From Candidatus Obscuribacteraceae bacterium (lineage in GTDB: Bacteria; Cyanobacteriota; Vampirovibrionia; Obscuribacterales; Obscuribacteraceae), in the NCBI GenBank assembly GCA_044226015.1, contig JBGAHS010000002.1:593571-657570 (forward strand): DNA of 64,000 bases. The letters run 5' to 3'. Under the pieces are notes generated by a model. It did no database searches. It had not been told where the DNA came from and was given only the letters and a program-made list of their open reading frames with translations. This document shows positions 19,822-30,139 of the stretch, piece after piece (position 1 is the stretch's first letter; each line of letters opens with the position of its first letter). Made by a program: the position numbers and the translations under genes.

Positions 19822-20652
19822 TTATTTCGATTGACAGCCGGGGCAGAAATGAGATGAACGTCCATTCAGCTTTATGCGTTCAATCTTGCGCTTACATGTC
19901 CGGCAAGGCTCGCCCTTTCGTCCGTAAACCAGTGCTTCATGCTGATAGTTTCCATTCACGCCAGTCGCGGTGCGGTAGTCTCTCAGGGTGGAGCCTCCGG
20001 CCTCAATCGCATTCTGCAAAACGACTGAGATTTCCCTACTGAGGCGAGACAACTCTTTTAAGTTGACCTCTCCCGCAGCTCTGGCCGGATGGATTTTTGC
20101 GCGATGCAAAGACTCATCAGCGTAAATATTTCCAATTCCGGCAAGAATTGATTGATCTAACAAAGCAGTTTTGATGCATTGCTTTTTGCCTTTTAACGCA
20201 TCTTTCAAAAACTTGGGGTCGACAGCACGCACAGGCTCGGGACCCAACCTTGTTAGCGTGGGAAGAACCTCCTCAAAACTCTCATCGTGTGGAACACACC
20301 AGAGCCGACCAAAAACCCTGGTGTCATCAAAAATCAATTTCCTGCCATCCTGCAGCAAAATTCGAACGCGAACATGAGAGGGCTCTTCCGCCTTTGCTTC
20401 CATTACAATAAGCTTGCCCGACATCCGCAAATGCGCCATCATGCCCACATCCTCAGAAAGGCTTATAAGCAGGTATTTTCCTCGCCGATTTACAGATAAA
20501 AACGTCTTGCCGGCAAGAGTTCGCGCAAAATCTTTAGTGGAAGGGTAAGCAACCGACATCTCGCGCAATACCTTCACTGACTTGATGGTTGCTCCAACTA
20601 GCAACTCTTCAAGCCCACGCCGCACCGTCTCAACTTCCGGAAGCTCTGGCAA
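19822..20652 (-). CDS. mutM: Formamidopyrimidine-DNA glycosylase
   Basis: PELPEVET N-terminus, RRGKYL, HLRMSG, GIGNIYADE, C-terminal zinc finger CRTC...CPGCQ. Confidence 0.97.
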   Translation of the reverse strand: MPELPEVETVRRGLEELLVGATIKSVKVLREMSVAYPSTKDFARTLAGKTFLSVNRRGKYLLISLSEDVGMMAHLRMSGKLIVMEAKAEEPSHVRVRILLQDGRKLIFDDTRVFGRLWCVPHDESFEEVLPTLTRLGPEPVRAVDPKFLKDALKGKKQCIKTALLDQSILAGIGNIYADESLHRAKIHPARAAGEVNLKELSRLSREISVVLQNAIEAGGSTLRDYRTATGVNGNYQHEALVYGRKGEPCRTCKRKIERIKLNGRSSHFCPGCQSK

Positions 20653-20740
20653 TTCGTCACCTCATCTTGAGCGTCAAACTTTAGTCTAGCCTAGAGTATC
20701 AACACCATTCCACAGATTGAAGCAGCGGAGTAAACGAAGT

Positions 20741-23700
20741 TTACGGTTTGGCAAGCTGAAGCATATAATCAAAGCCTGGCTCCTTCAATTCCGCAAGAGC
20801 CTGAGCATTCTTCAAATCGCCGCGCTCTTTCAAGGCAGCAACGAGCTCATTCTTAACAGCTACTACAACCTGCCATTCGTGATTCTTTACTTTCAAGAGT
20901 TTTATTGCTTCACGCAAATATACAAACTTCTTCTCTAAGTCTGGTTCCGTACTGATAAGTTTCAAACAACAACTCATTGCATAATCGCGTTCGCGTTGGT
21001 CAACCGGCACAGACTTATACCTCTCGAACGCATCAAGTAAATACTCGCGGCCAGACTTGGAATGGTTAACCGCAAAAAGATGCAACCCGGCAACGACTCG
21101 AGCACTCGCGCTTTCATTGGAGTCATGATACTGATCGATTTCGGAAAAGAACTTATTAAAGTCAAAAACACCAATTCCTTCTTTAGCCACGCGACTATGT
21201 ATAACCGTAAAATAGCAGTCATACCAGAACAATGAAATACCGTTTTGCGGTGCAAAAATCTTGTGTCGCTCTAACACCGCTCGCAATTTAGTGAGATATT
21301 CGGACATCTCTTTTCGGAGCCCCTTTTTCTGCATCGCATGAGCGGGCAAAAAGCAGTTGGCGGCAACACTTGCCCGATTTGAATTGTCTATGTTCTCATC
21401 AAGCACTTTTAAGTACAGGTTAGAAAAAGAAACCAACTGCTCGCTCGTGTCTAGCACGGATGAAGCTCGAACCAGTGAAAGCAAAAATTCATTCCAAAGC
21501 TCATTGTTGAGCAGAAGCCGCTTTTCCAAAAACGTTCGCCACTCGCTTTCAAGCTTCTGTGCATCAGCATTGAAACCAGACTTGAAGCAGGCGATGTATA
21601 GATCTTCTGCAATGTCTCGAAGCTGTAGGTTATTATCAGCGCCGTATTTTTCCGGATTGTGCAAGATTTCGACAAACGCCTTGCTCGCGTCCTTAACTTC
21701 TTCTTTAATGATTTCTGTGTTGCTTCCTATTCTCGAAACCAAAATCGACATCGCCCTGATATAAGCGGGGATATGAGGGTCAAAAATCTCCCTGGCAATT
21801 GCAGCATTCCTGACTTCAAGCAAGAACGATAACCCCGCCCGCATTTCATTGCTCCACAGACTTGCCTCTACAAGCAACCCTGCGCATGTAAAAACTCGAT
21901 TGGCACTTGTCTTGCTCAGCTTTGCACCTGGCACTGAAACATTTCGAACAAAGCAATCCATAATCTGCTTCAATTCAGCAGGGTTAATAGTTCTATGAAG
22001 AACAAACGACGCGGTGCAATATCTTTCAATAAATTCCATCAATATATTCAGCTTAAATGGCATGGAATGATCAAAAGTTGTCCAGGCGAATTTAAGGATT
22101 TCCAGAGAGTCTTCCGAGCGGTGAATTTCCAAAAGCCCGCTTGAAGTGTACATACAAATTTGAAACAGGGCATCACGGTCTACGGCATTTGAGCCAACAG
22201 CCGATTGAACAATCAGGTTTTTGCCTTCATCGAGATGTCCTTGCAAACACATGTAGTAGAATCTTCTGCTCAGATTGGTGAGGCGTGCATTTGCAGCAAA
22301 CTGCAGTGGAGCAGAGCCGGTTGGAAGAATATGATATCGCCCTTGCCATTGCAACAATGTCTTTTCCAGTTTTTGAGCAATCTCATCTTCTCTATGACTC
22401 CGCGCAATATCGATCATCTTTTTCAAAATGCAGGTTTCCGAATTGAAAAATGACTCGTGAGACTCCGCCATTTGGTTGTATACGTATTGCTCTGCAGGCT
22501 TTTCGTTTGAATGAACCTTAATCGTTATTTCTAAACGCTCCACAGTATCGGCAACGAACTCATTAAGAAGATCCTTCGCTTTCACTTTTATCAACGATTC
22601 AACAAGAATGGGCGCAAGATCCAGACGCAGAACCTTTTCGAGTTCGACAGCAGCGAGAGCAGACTCCTTAGCCTTTTCAACTTCAGGAATCTGCAAATTT
22701 AGTTCAACCAAACGTAATTGCAAAGCAAACTTCAACAACTCTGAATAGGAACGTCGCTTCTTAAGCTCTATAAGTGCCTTCGCCTCAGCAGCCGGGTCCC
22801 CACGATGGCTGAGTTGCACATCAGACATTTCCAATGCACCTCGAAGGTAAGCAGAAAGACCTTTATTTAGCAAAGCTGCTTTTACATACCTTGCATTGCG
22901 CAATTCCCCATGCACAAATTTCTCCAGGAATGGAAGGCTTCCGGCAAGACTGCTCAAGCGTGGCTCTTCACCTGCGCTAACTAACAACTGCCTTCGCTCA
23001 AGCGGCAGAATGACAGCTTCCATTACAGCAGCAGTGTCGGGAGACGACCCGAAATAAACATCCGAACGGAAAAGAAATTCGTTGTAAGCACGGGATATTC
23101 CGTTAATATAGTTATCGCGAGACATTTGCAAAACCAGCTGGCTTCGCGCTTCAACTTCGAACCATGAGACTGACTCTTTTTGATATTTATCTAGAAGCGA
23201 GCCAGCAGCTCGATAAAGTTTCACCCTTTGCGGCAATAGCGAAATCTTGCTGTTTACTTTGATCGCCTCGTCGAGCGACTCCATTGCTTTTTCTGAATTC
23301 TTGCAAGCGAAATATGAATCAGCCGCCTTCAAAAGCCAGTCTCGCTGAGAAAGAAAGTCAGAACTCGTCCCATACGTTCTAGCAATTTTCGTAGCCATTT
23401 CAGGCGCTTTCACACTCCCAAAACGTTGCAAAAGCTCAAAGTAAGATTGCTGCAGCCCCAGTGTTGAAACCGAAGTCAGGCTCGCCACAGGTTGAAAGGC
23501 GAGCTCAAGCACGGCGACCCTGTAATATGCAAGCACCGCAACGGCAATGAGTAAAATGAGACCGGCAGCAATTAGCCTAACCGACCGCCCCGTTTTCACC
23601 GTCTTTAATTTTCCATCAGCCCAAGAATGCAAGAAACTTGGGCTGTGCAATTCAACGCCCTGCGCTATGTCCGAAATAGCATTTTCAACTTCAAGAAAAG

Positions 23701-24535
23701 ATTGATATCGATGCTCTGGCTCCTTTTGCAAACAACGCAAAGTTATAAGCTGGAACCCTGCAGACATTTTCTTGTCAGTCCAGTCAAGCACTAGGCCGTC
23801 GGGATATTCGTGGCGCTGTTTAAACAAGACGCCTATTGGATTGTCGGCTTCGAATGGCAATTTCCCAGCAAGACACTCGTACAGAACACAGCCAAAAGAG
23901 TAAATATCAGATTGAACCGTAGCTTTTTGACCCGCCGCGAGTTCTGGGCTCATATAACTGGGAGTGCCCATGAGAAATCCGGTTTTTGTCAATTTACCGG
24001 TAGAACTTGAGTCCGAGTGAACATGACTGATGCCAAAATCGATTAACTTAACCTGAAGCTTTCCAGCGGATTTGACAAGAAAAATGTTGCTCGAATTAAG
24101 GTCACGGTGAATTACTCCAGCCTGGTGAGCCGCTTCTAGTCCAGCTGCCACTTGCGAAAATATCTCTATGCAAATTTCAGGTTTTAGTCGTTCAACCGAT
24201 TTCAGATAGCTCGAAAGTGACTCACCTTCCAACAACTCCATGACGATATAGGGTACTGAAACAACGCCAGAGTCCTTGTCAGAGACCTCCGTGTAGCCAA
24301 AAGCATAAGCAGAAACAATGTTGGGATGAACCAATCGCCCTAATAGCTTAGCTTCACGTTGAAAACGAAGCCCGTCTTCCTCGTCATTGAATACATCCGC
24401 ATGCAAAAACTTGACAGCAGACTGCCTGCCTAGTTCCAGATCTTCCGCGAGATAGACCGTGGCGAACCCACCCTCTCCTAATTTGGAGAGCAGCTTATAA
24501 CGACCATTTACTACCAGTCCAGCCCCAAATGTCAT
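20741..24535 (-). CDS. Large Ser/Thr protein kinase (1264 aa) with TM helix and long helical C-terminal region
   Basis: GEGGFA, SAVK, HRDLNSSN, DFG, GTPSYMSPE; TM LIAAGLILLIAVAVLAYY. Confidence 0.88.
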   Translation of the reverse strand: MTFGAGLVVNGRYKLLSKLGEGGFATVYLAEDLELGRQSAVKFLHADVFNDEEDGLRFQREAKLLGRLVHPNIVSAYAFGYTEVSDKDSGVVSVPYIVMELLEGESLSSYLKSVERLKPEICIEIFSQVAAGLEAAHQAGVIHRDLNSSNIFLVKSAGKLQVKLIDFGISHVHSDSSSTGKLTKTGFLMGTPSYMSPELAAGQKATVQSDIYSFGCVLYECLAGKLPFEADNPIGVLFKQRHEYPDGLVLDWTDKKMSAGFQLITLRCLQKEPEHRYQSFLEVENAISDIAQGVELHSPSFLHSWADGKLKTVKTGRSVRLIAAGLILLIAVAVLAYYRVAVLELAFQPVASLTSVSTLGLQQSYFELLQRFGSVKAPEMATKIARTYGTSSDFLSQRDWLLKAADSYFACKNSEKAMESLDEAIKVNSKISLLPQRVKLYRAAGSLLDKYQKESVSWFEVEARSQLVLQMSRDNYINGISRAYNEFLFRSDVYFGSSPDTAAVMEAVILPLERRQLLVSAGEEPRLSSLAGSLPFLEKFVHGELRNARYVKAALLNKGLSAYLRGALEMSDVQLSHRGDPAAEAKALIELKKRRSYSELLKFALQLRLVELNLQIPEVEKAKESALAAVELEKVLRLDLAPILVESLIKVKAKDLLNEFVADTVERLEITIKVHSNEKPAEQYVYNQMAESHESFFNSETCILKKMIDIARSHREDEIAQKLEKTLLQWQGRYHILPTGSAPLQFAANARLTNLSRRFYYMCLQGHLDEGKNLIVQSAVGSNAVDRDALFQICMYTSSGLLEIHRSEDSLEILKFAWTTFDHSMPFKLNILMEFIERYCTASFVLHRTINPAELKQIMDCFVRNVSVPGAKLSKTSANRVFTCAGLLVEASLWSNEMRAGLSFLLEVRNAAIAREIFDPHIPAYIRAMSILVSRIGSNTEIIKEEVKDASKAFVEILHNPEKYGADNNLQLRDIAEDLYIACFKSGFNADAQKLESEWRTFLEKRLLLNNELWNEFLLSLVRASSVLDTSEQLVSFSNLYLKVLDENIDNSNRASVAANCFLPAHAMQKKGLRKEMSEYLTKLRAVLERHKIFAPQNGISLFWYDCYFTVIHSRVAKEGIGVFDFNKFFSEIDQYHDSNESASARVVAGLHLFAVNHSKSGREYLLDAFERYKSVPVDQRERDYAMSCCLKLISTEPDLEKKFVYLREAIKLLKVKNHEWQVVVAVKNELVAALKERGDLKNAQALAELKEPGFDYMLQLAKP

Positions 24536-24635
24536 ATAACACCTATACCCGTCTGTCGCAAGCTCGTAGCGCTTCTGCCAAAACGCGAGAAAACGACTTC
24601 ATTGACTTTAGCAGGGTCAAAGCACTATGCCACTA

Positions 24636-26252
24636 TCAACGGTGCCAATTGTTATCAATTTCAGCATCTCTCAATATCATAAGATCGATGCGATTAGGCG
24701 CGACACCTTTGACCCAGGGCTTACACATTGTGTTCTGCGTAGCCTGATAAGTGCATGCCACAGCAGCCTCTTCAGAACACAAAATATGGTCCGCCTGCTC
24801 GTAATATGCAAGACGTTTTTGTGGGTCTAATTCGCCTTCTGCAGCCATGACCAATCTGTCATATTCGGGGCTGGTCCACTGCGTATGATTGTTTGCGTTA
24901 TGACTTACAAACACACTGGCGAACGTTTCAGGGTCAGGGAAATCAGCGCCCCAGTTAGCCCTAAAAATGGGAGGCGGGTCACGATGAAGAGTATTCATGT
25001 AGACCTTAAATTCTTGATTTACCAGCTCCAAACGAATATTCAAGTTTCGCTTATATTGGTCTTGTATCTCTTCCACGACAAGCTTGGAGTCTTCGCGAGA
25101 TGGGTAGAGGATTTCAACTCTAGGAAAGCCTTTTCCATCAGGATAGCCAGCTTCCGCTAGTAGCTTCTTCGCCTTTTCTGGGTCGTAGCATGGTGGATCT
25201 TTAGCTTTGTAAGCAGAAAGTCCCTCAGGAATGAAGTTGTAGACCGGCTTTTCCTGTCTTCGTAAAATCTTCGGAAAGACTGATCGATCCAAAGCAAGAG
25301 AAAACGCTAATCGCAACTTTGCATTATCAAAAGGCTTTTTATGAACGTTGAAACCGATGTAGTCGGTCTTAAGCAGAGGAATATTTTTGTACTCGCTACT
25401 TTGCGCATGTTTAGCCACTTCCGGAGTGGGAAAGCTTCTATTGTCTAAATAATCAAGCTGGTCACTTTCATAAAGCGCAAATGCTGTTGCTTGCTCGGGC
25501 ACCATAAACATCTGCAAGTACTTTACCTTCGGAGCTCCTTCAAAGAACGTAGGATTTGCCTCAAGTTCAATTTTGTACTCATGCTTCCAATACTTAAGAA
25601 GAAAAGGTCCATTCACTACCATATTCTTTGGGTCTGTCCAGCGATTTCCATGCTGTTCAATTAAGTCCGCCCGCACAGGAAGTAACGCACACATGGCAGT
25701 AAGATTCAAAAAATATGACGCCGGTTTTCGCAGCCTCACTTCAAAAGTGTGCTCATCTGGACAGCTCATTCCAAGCTTATTTACGTCTTTGAGCTTGCCC
25801 GTATTGTAGTCGTAAGCGTTTTCGATTTCGTATAGAAAGAAGGCGTAGGGAGCAGCAGTCTCGGGGTTCAGCAAACGTCGCCAGGAATTCAAAAAGTCTT
25901 GCGAAACAACTGGTTTGCCATCAGACCATTTCGCGTCTTTTCTCAAATGAAACACGTACCGCTTGCCAGCATCGAGAATATCCCAACTTTCAGCACACGC
26001 TGGCGCGAGACTCAAGTCATTACGAAACCGAGTCAGTCCAACCATCAAATTACCAATTACATCGAATGAATTGTTATCTGTACTGACATGCCAATCTAAA
26101 CTCGGCGGCTCAGAACCCAGATTAACCCTGAGGGTGTCTTTCAGCGGCCCTGGTTTTACGCCACCGCAAGCGCTCAAGCTCAAACTGAAAGACATTAGCA
26201 AGACTATAGCGATGATACTCTGGAGTTGAGCTAACTTATTTTGATCAAACAT
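24636..26252 (-). CDS. oppA: Oligopeptide ABC transporter substrate-binding lipoprotein
   Basis: LSAC lipobox, EPPSLD, FHLRKDAKWSDGKPV, VNGPF, WGADFPDP. Confidence 0.9.
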   Translation of the reverse strand: MFDQNKLAQLQSIIAIVLLMSFSLSLSACGGVKPGPLKDTLRVNLGSEPPSLDWHVSTDNNSFDVIGNLMVGLTRFRNDLSLAPACAESWDILDAGKRYVFHLRKDAKWSDGKPVVSQDFLNSWRRLLNPETAAPYAFFLYEIENAYDYNTGKLKDVNKLGMSCPDEHTFEVRLRKPASYFLNLTAMCALLPVRADLIEQHGNRWTDPKNMVVNGPFLLKYWKHEYKIELEANPTFFEGAPKVKYLQMFMVPEQATAFALYESDQLDYLDNRSFPTPEVAKHAQSSEYKNIPLLKTDYIGFNVHKKPFDNAKLRLAFSLALDRSVFPKILRRQEKPVYNFIPEGLSAYKAKDPPCYDPEKAKKLLAEAGYPDGKGFPRVEILYPSREDSKLVVEEIQDQYKRNLNIRLELVNQEFKVYMNTLHRDPPPIFRANWGADFPDPETFASVFVSHNANNHTQWTSPEYDRLVMAAEGELDPQKRLAYYEQADHILCSEEAAVACTYQATQNTMCKPWVKGVAPNRIDLMILRDAEIDNNWHR

Positions 26253-26262
26253 TCCATCGTAC

Positions 26263-28638
26263 CTACAATTTTGCAGCATTGATTCTCATCGAATTGAGTA
26301 TGACCGAAATGGAGCTAAGGCTCATGGCCGCTGCTGCTATTGATGGATCCAGCTCCAGACCAGTAAACTTATATAAGATTCCGGTTGCTAATACTAGTGC
26401 GACAACGTTGTATGCAAATGCCAAGAACAAATTCTCTTTCATTTTTGCAGTCATCAATCTCGCCAGTCTTATGCCTGAAACTATTACTCGCAAATCATTT
26501 TGCACCAGCGTAATGGGCGCGCTTGACAAAGCGATATCAGAACCAGTCGCCATGGCGATTCCCGAATTCGCAGCTTGCAAAGCCGCAACATCATTGACTC
26601 CATCACCAAGCATTGCAACTGTTTTGCCCTGCTGCTGGAATGATCTTATGCACTCAACTTTATCTGGAGGAAGTAGATTTGAATGCAAGTTAGAGACTGG
26701 AATCCCGAGAATTTTTCCAGCACCGTCAACACTGGAGGGTCCATCACCACTCAAGATGTGAGGCGAAACAGCCAATTCACGAAGCCCATCCACAAAGGGT
26801 TGCGAGTCACTCTTCAAAGTATCAGAAAGCACAATAACACCGGCGAACTTTCCATCAATTGCAAAATTAACAAGAGTCGATGCAGATCCCTCTGGCGGAG
26901 AAACCTTTACTGAGTCACTGAGAACCACACCTTGCTCTTTCAAGAATTGGGAGCTTCCAAGCAGCAAAGAACGTCCGTTTACTAATCCTCTGACACCCTT
27001 ACCAGGAAAAGACTGCACTTCTTCGCTTTTATAGAGCGACAGACCATCAGACTGAGCAGACTTTACTATTGACTGCGCAAGGGGATGCTTGCTTCCCTGT
27101 TCGAGACTAGCTACAAGCATTAATGCCTCGACGTCATCCATTTGAGTGAAAAGAATAGTATCGGAAATGACAAAGCGCCCTTCCGTCAGAGTTCCCGTTT
27201 TGTCCAGGAAGAAGTCAGTCGCCAACGAGAGTTCTTCCAACGCACGTGCATCCTTCACAAGCAGACCCAATCTCGAAGCGCGCGCCACCGCCACTGATAC
27301 CGCAATAGGAGTTGCAAGTCCTAGAGCGCAGGGGCAAGCAATCACTAAAACTGAGATGGTATCACGCACCGCATGGGTGAAAGCATGCTCTCCCCCAAGA
27401 GCTATCCAGATTCCAAATGTTAGGGCAGCTATGCAGAACACAGTGGGAATAAAAATGCCGCTAATACGATCAGCGAATTCCTGCATTGGAGATCTGCTGC
27501 GCTGAGAGCTAGAGAGGAGGTTTAGAACTTGAGCAAAAACTGTATCTCTTCCAAGAGAGCTTGCCTTCATCAAGAAACTTCCATCAAGGTTCAAGCTTCC
27601 TGCATAAACCTTGTCGCCCTTGTTTTTAACGACAGGAAGTGAATTTCCAGAGAGTATGGACTCATCAACGGAACCGGAACCGTCATCAATAAGACCATCT
27701 GCCGGAAATTTATCTCCAGGTCTAACCCTCAACATATCACCAGGTTTAACTTCCAGCACAGAAATTTCTTCCGACTTGCCGTTGGCAATCTCGCGAAAAG
27801 CTTTGCTTGGCGCGAGAGCGAAAAGCCCTTCAAGTGACTTATTTGATTGCTGTCTCGCTTTCAGTTCGAGAATTTGCCCCAGCAAAACAAGCATAACAAT
27901 GCTAGCCGAACTCTCAAAAAACAACATTCCCTGAGGGTCCAAAAGCTTTGCAAAAGGCGGAAAAAGCAATGCAATCAAACTGGTCGCATAACTGATGAAC
28001 GTGCCCAAGCCCACCAGGGTAAACATATTCAAGTGTTTCATCTTGATTGACTGGATAGCTTTTTCAAAAATAGGTAATGCGCCATAGAGCACCACCGGTG
28101 ATGCGAACACCAGCCCTACGACAGCCATGTATTGTGCTGGCACAATATGAAAATGCAAACCTAGCATGTGTGGCATGCTAACGAGCAAAAGAGGAACGGT
28201 CAGAAGAACAGAAAAAGCGAAGCGCTTTTTCATATCAGCAAGCTCGTTGCCACCTTGTTCATCGCTGGAATTAAAGGACGCTTCAAGTGCCATTCCGCAC
28301 TTAGGACACGAGCCCGGAAACTTTGAAACAACTTCCGGGTCCATTGGACAAGTGTAAGTTAATGCAGACTCGCTTAGATAAAACACCCGCAAATCGTCTG
28401 GTTTACTAGTTTCGGCATGAGTGCCGTGACAACAACTATGCCCAGCTTCTGGCTTGATTTGCCCGGTCACATCAGCTTTCGCAGAAAGATAAGAACCTGG
28501 TGATGCCAAAAATTTCTTACTACAGCCAACGTTGCAAAAATAGTAAGTTTGCCCCTGCCATTCAGCACTTACCGCAGCTCGGTCGGGTCTGACCTTCATT
28601 TTGCAAACAGGATCTTCTGCTAGCTGCTCTTCAGGCAT
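26263..28638 (-). CDS. copA: Cu(I)-translocating P1B-1 ATPase with N-terminal YHS and CPM-type metal-binding domains
   Basis: DPVCKM...YYFC, YTCPMDP...CPKCGMAL, IACPCALGLATP, DKTGT, GDGVND, YN and MSLSS ligands. Confidence 0.92.
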   Translation of the reverse strand: MPEEQLAEDPVCKMKVRPDRAAVSAEWQGQTYYFCNVGCSKKFLASPGSYLSAKADVTGQIKPEAGHSCCHGTHAETSKPDDLRVFYLSESALTYTCPMDPEVVSKFPGSCPKCGMALEASFNSSDEQGGNELADMKKRFAFSVLLTVPLLLVSMPHMLGLHFHIVPAQYMAVVGLVFASPVVLYGALPIFEKAIQSIKMKHLNMFTLVGLGTFISYATSLIALLFPPFAKLLDPQGMLFFESSASIVMLVLLGQILELKARQQSNKSLEGLFALAPSKAFREIANGKSEEISVLEVKPGDMLRVRPGDKFPADGLIDDGSGSVDESILSGNSLPVVKNKGDKVYAGSLNLDGSFLMKASSLGRDTVFAQVLNLLSSSQRSRSPMQEFADRISGIFIPTVFCIAALTFGIWIALGGEHAFTHAVRDTISVLVIACPCALGLATPIAVSVAVARASRLGLLVKDARALEELSLATDFFLDKTGTLTEGRFVISDTILFTQMDDVEALMLVASLEQGSKHPLAQSIVKSAQSDGLSLYKSEEVQSFPGKGVRGLVNGRSLLLGSSQFLKEQGVVLSDSVKVSPPEGSASTLVNFAIDGKFAGVIVLSDTLKSDSQPFVDGLRELAVSPHILSGDGPSSVDGAGKILGIPVSNLHSNLLPPDKVECIRSFQQQGKTVAMLGDGVNDVAALQAANSGIAMATGSDIALSSAPITLVQNDLRVIVSGIRLARLMTAKMKENLFLAFAYNVVALVLATGILYKFTGLELDPSIAAAAMSLSSISVILNSMRINAAKL

Positions 28639-28665
28639 GAGCTGAAATTCCTTCTGCGGGCTGCA

Positions 28666-29865
28666 TCACATAAAGAAGAAAGCAGTGCCCAAAATAGCAT
28701 ATACAGCTAGCAGTTGCACACCTTCCATCCAATTGCACTCACCGTCATTAGTGACATATCCCAAAATAATGACAGATACAGTTATTGCCATAACCTCGAA
28801 TTCGGAAAAATACAGGTTCATCGGCTTGCCCATGATGAAACTGACAAAAACAAGAGCAGGGGCCACAAGTAGTGCTATTTGCGCTCCTGAGCCAAGCGCA
28901 ATGTTCAAGGCTAGATCCATTTTATTTTTCATAGCCATGTAAATTGCCGTGCTGTGCTCGGCGGCATTGCCCACAACGGCAACGAGAATTACACCTATGA
29001 AAATCTTGTTGATGTGCCACTCATTGGCGACCTTCTCGACCCCGTGGACAAGAAATTCACTAAGCAATACAACAAGTAAAGTAGAGACCAGGAGAACCGT
29101 GACACTAAGCTTGGTGCCCCACCCTTTGACACCGATAGCCTCTTCTGTTTCCCCATCGCCTTCCCGAACATAAAGATGTTTGTGCGTCTTTAGACTGAAA
29201 AGCAAGCTGAAAATGTACGTCAAAAACAGAACGATTGATATACCCAAAGCGAGATCGTCTTCGTTGCCTGAGTGCTTAGAGAAATGGTGAAAAATCGACG
29301 GAACTGTCAAACTGATCGCAGCAAGGGCTAGAAGCGTTGCAGATGTGCTCGCTGCTATCTTGTTAAACGACTGCGACTGAAACCGAACACCGCCCGCTAG
29401 CATACTTCCGCCTAAGACCAGAAGAATGTTACCGATAATAGAACCCGTAATAGATGCTTTAACAACATCGTCGTATCCCGCTCGCAGAGCCGCCAGAGCA
29501 ATAATGAATTCGCAAGCGTTCCCGAAAGTAGCATTGAGCAATGCACCAAGAGCAGTACCAATACGATCTGACAAATATTCCGTCGCCCGTCCCATCAAGC
29601 CCGCTAACGGCAGAATTGCCAGACAGGCTGCGAAAAACTCCAGTGCATGCATTTGCTTGCTTTCCGCGTAGAAAGCGACCGGAATAAATATCAGCAACAT
29701 GTCAGTGATTTTCAGTTGCGCAAGAATGCTGCGAAACTTAGGTCCACTGATATAAATCTGAGAATAGTTCAAGCTATCGAGCTTTTGAGGTTTGCTCTCG
29801 CTTGGTTTAGGCAAAGGAGTTTCTGGATTTCCCTGACTACTAGATTCTGCTGTTGGCTCGTCCAT
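28666..29865 (-). CDS. cax: Ca2+/H+ antiporter (CaCA/CAX family)
   Basis: NATFGNACE, GSIIGN, GNAAEH, GSGAQIAL. Start taken at MDEPT (ORF open to 29958). Confidence 0.92.
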   Translation of the reverse strand: MDEPTAESSSQGNPETPLPKPSESKPQKLDSLNYSQIYISGPKFRSILAQLKITDMLLIFIPVAFYAESKQMHALEFFAACLAILPLAGLMGRATEYLSDRIGTALGALLNATFGNACEFIIALAALRAGYDDVVKASITGSIIGNILLVLGGSMLAGGVRFQSQSFNKIAASTSATLLALAAISLTVPSIFHHFSKHSGNEDDLALGISIVLFLTYIFSLLFSLKTHKHLYVREGDGETEEAIGVKGWGTKLSVTVLLVSTLLVVLLSEFLVHGVEKVANEWHINKIFIGVILVAVVGNAAEHSTAIYMAMKNKMDLALNIALGSGAQIALLVAPALVFVSFIMGKPMNLYFSEFEVMAITVSVIILGYVTNDGECNWMEGVQLLAVYAILGTAFFFM

Positions 29866-30139
29866 TGGATTTCCTGTCAATAGGATTTGAACATAGTATC
29901 GGACATTGAAAACACGAGCCGCAATACCGACCCTTAGAAAGTGTCTAAAAACAAACAACTGAGTAAATGATAACTGCTTGTCTGATTAAAATCACTGAAT
30001 GTGGTGGCTCAGAAAAACTTAACCGCCCTGATATTGAGCATAAATAAAAGTGGTGAATATCTCGTGTAACATACTTCAGCTATATATTATTGACTCTGCA
30101 CAAGCAGATCCGGACTTCAGCCGGACCAAGGAGGAAGCA

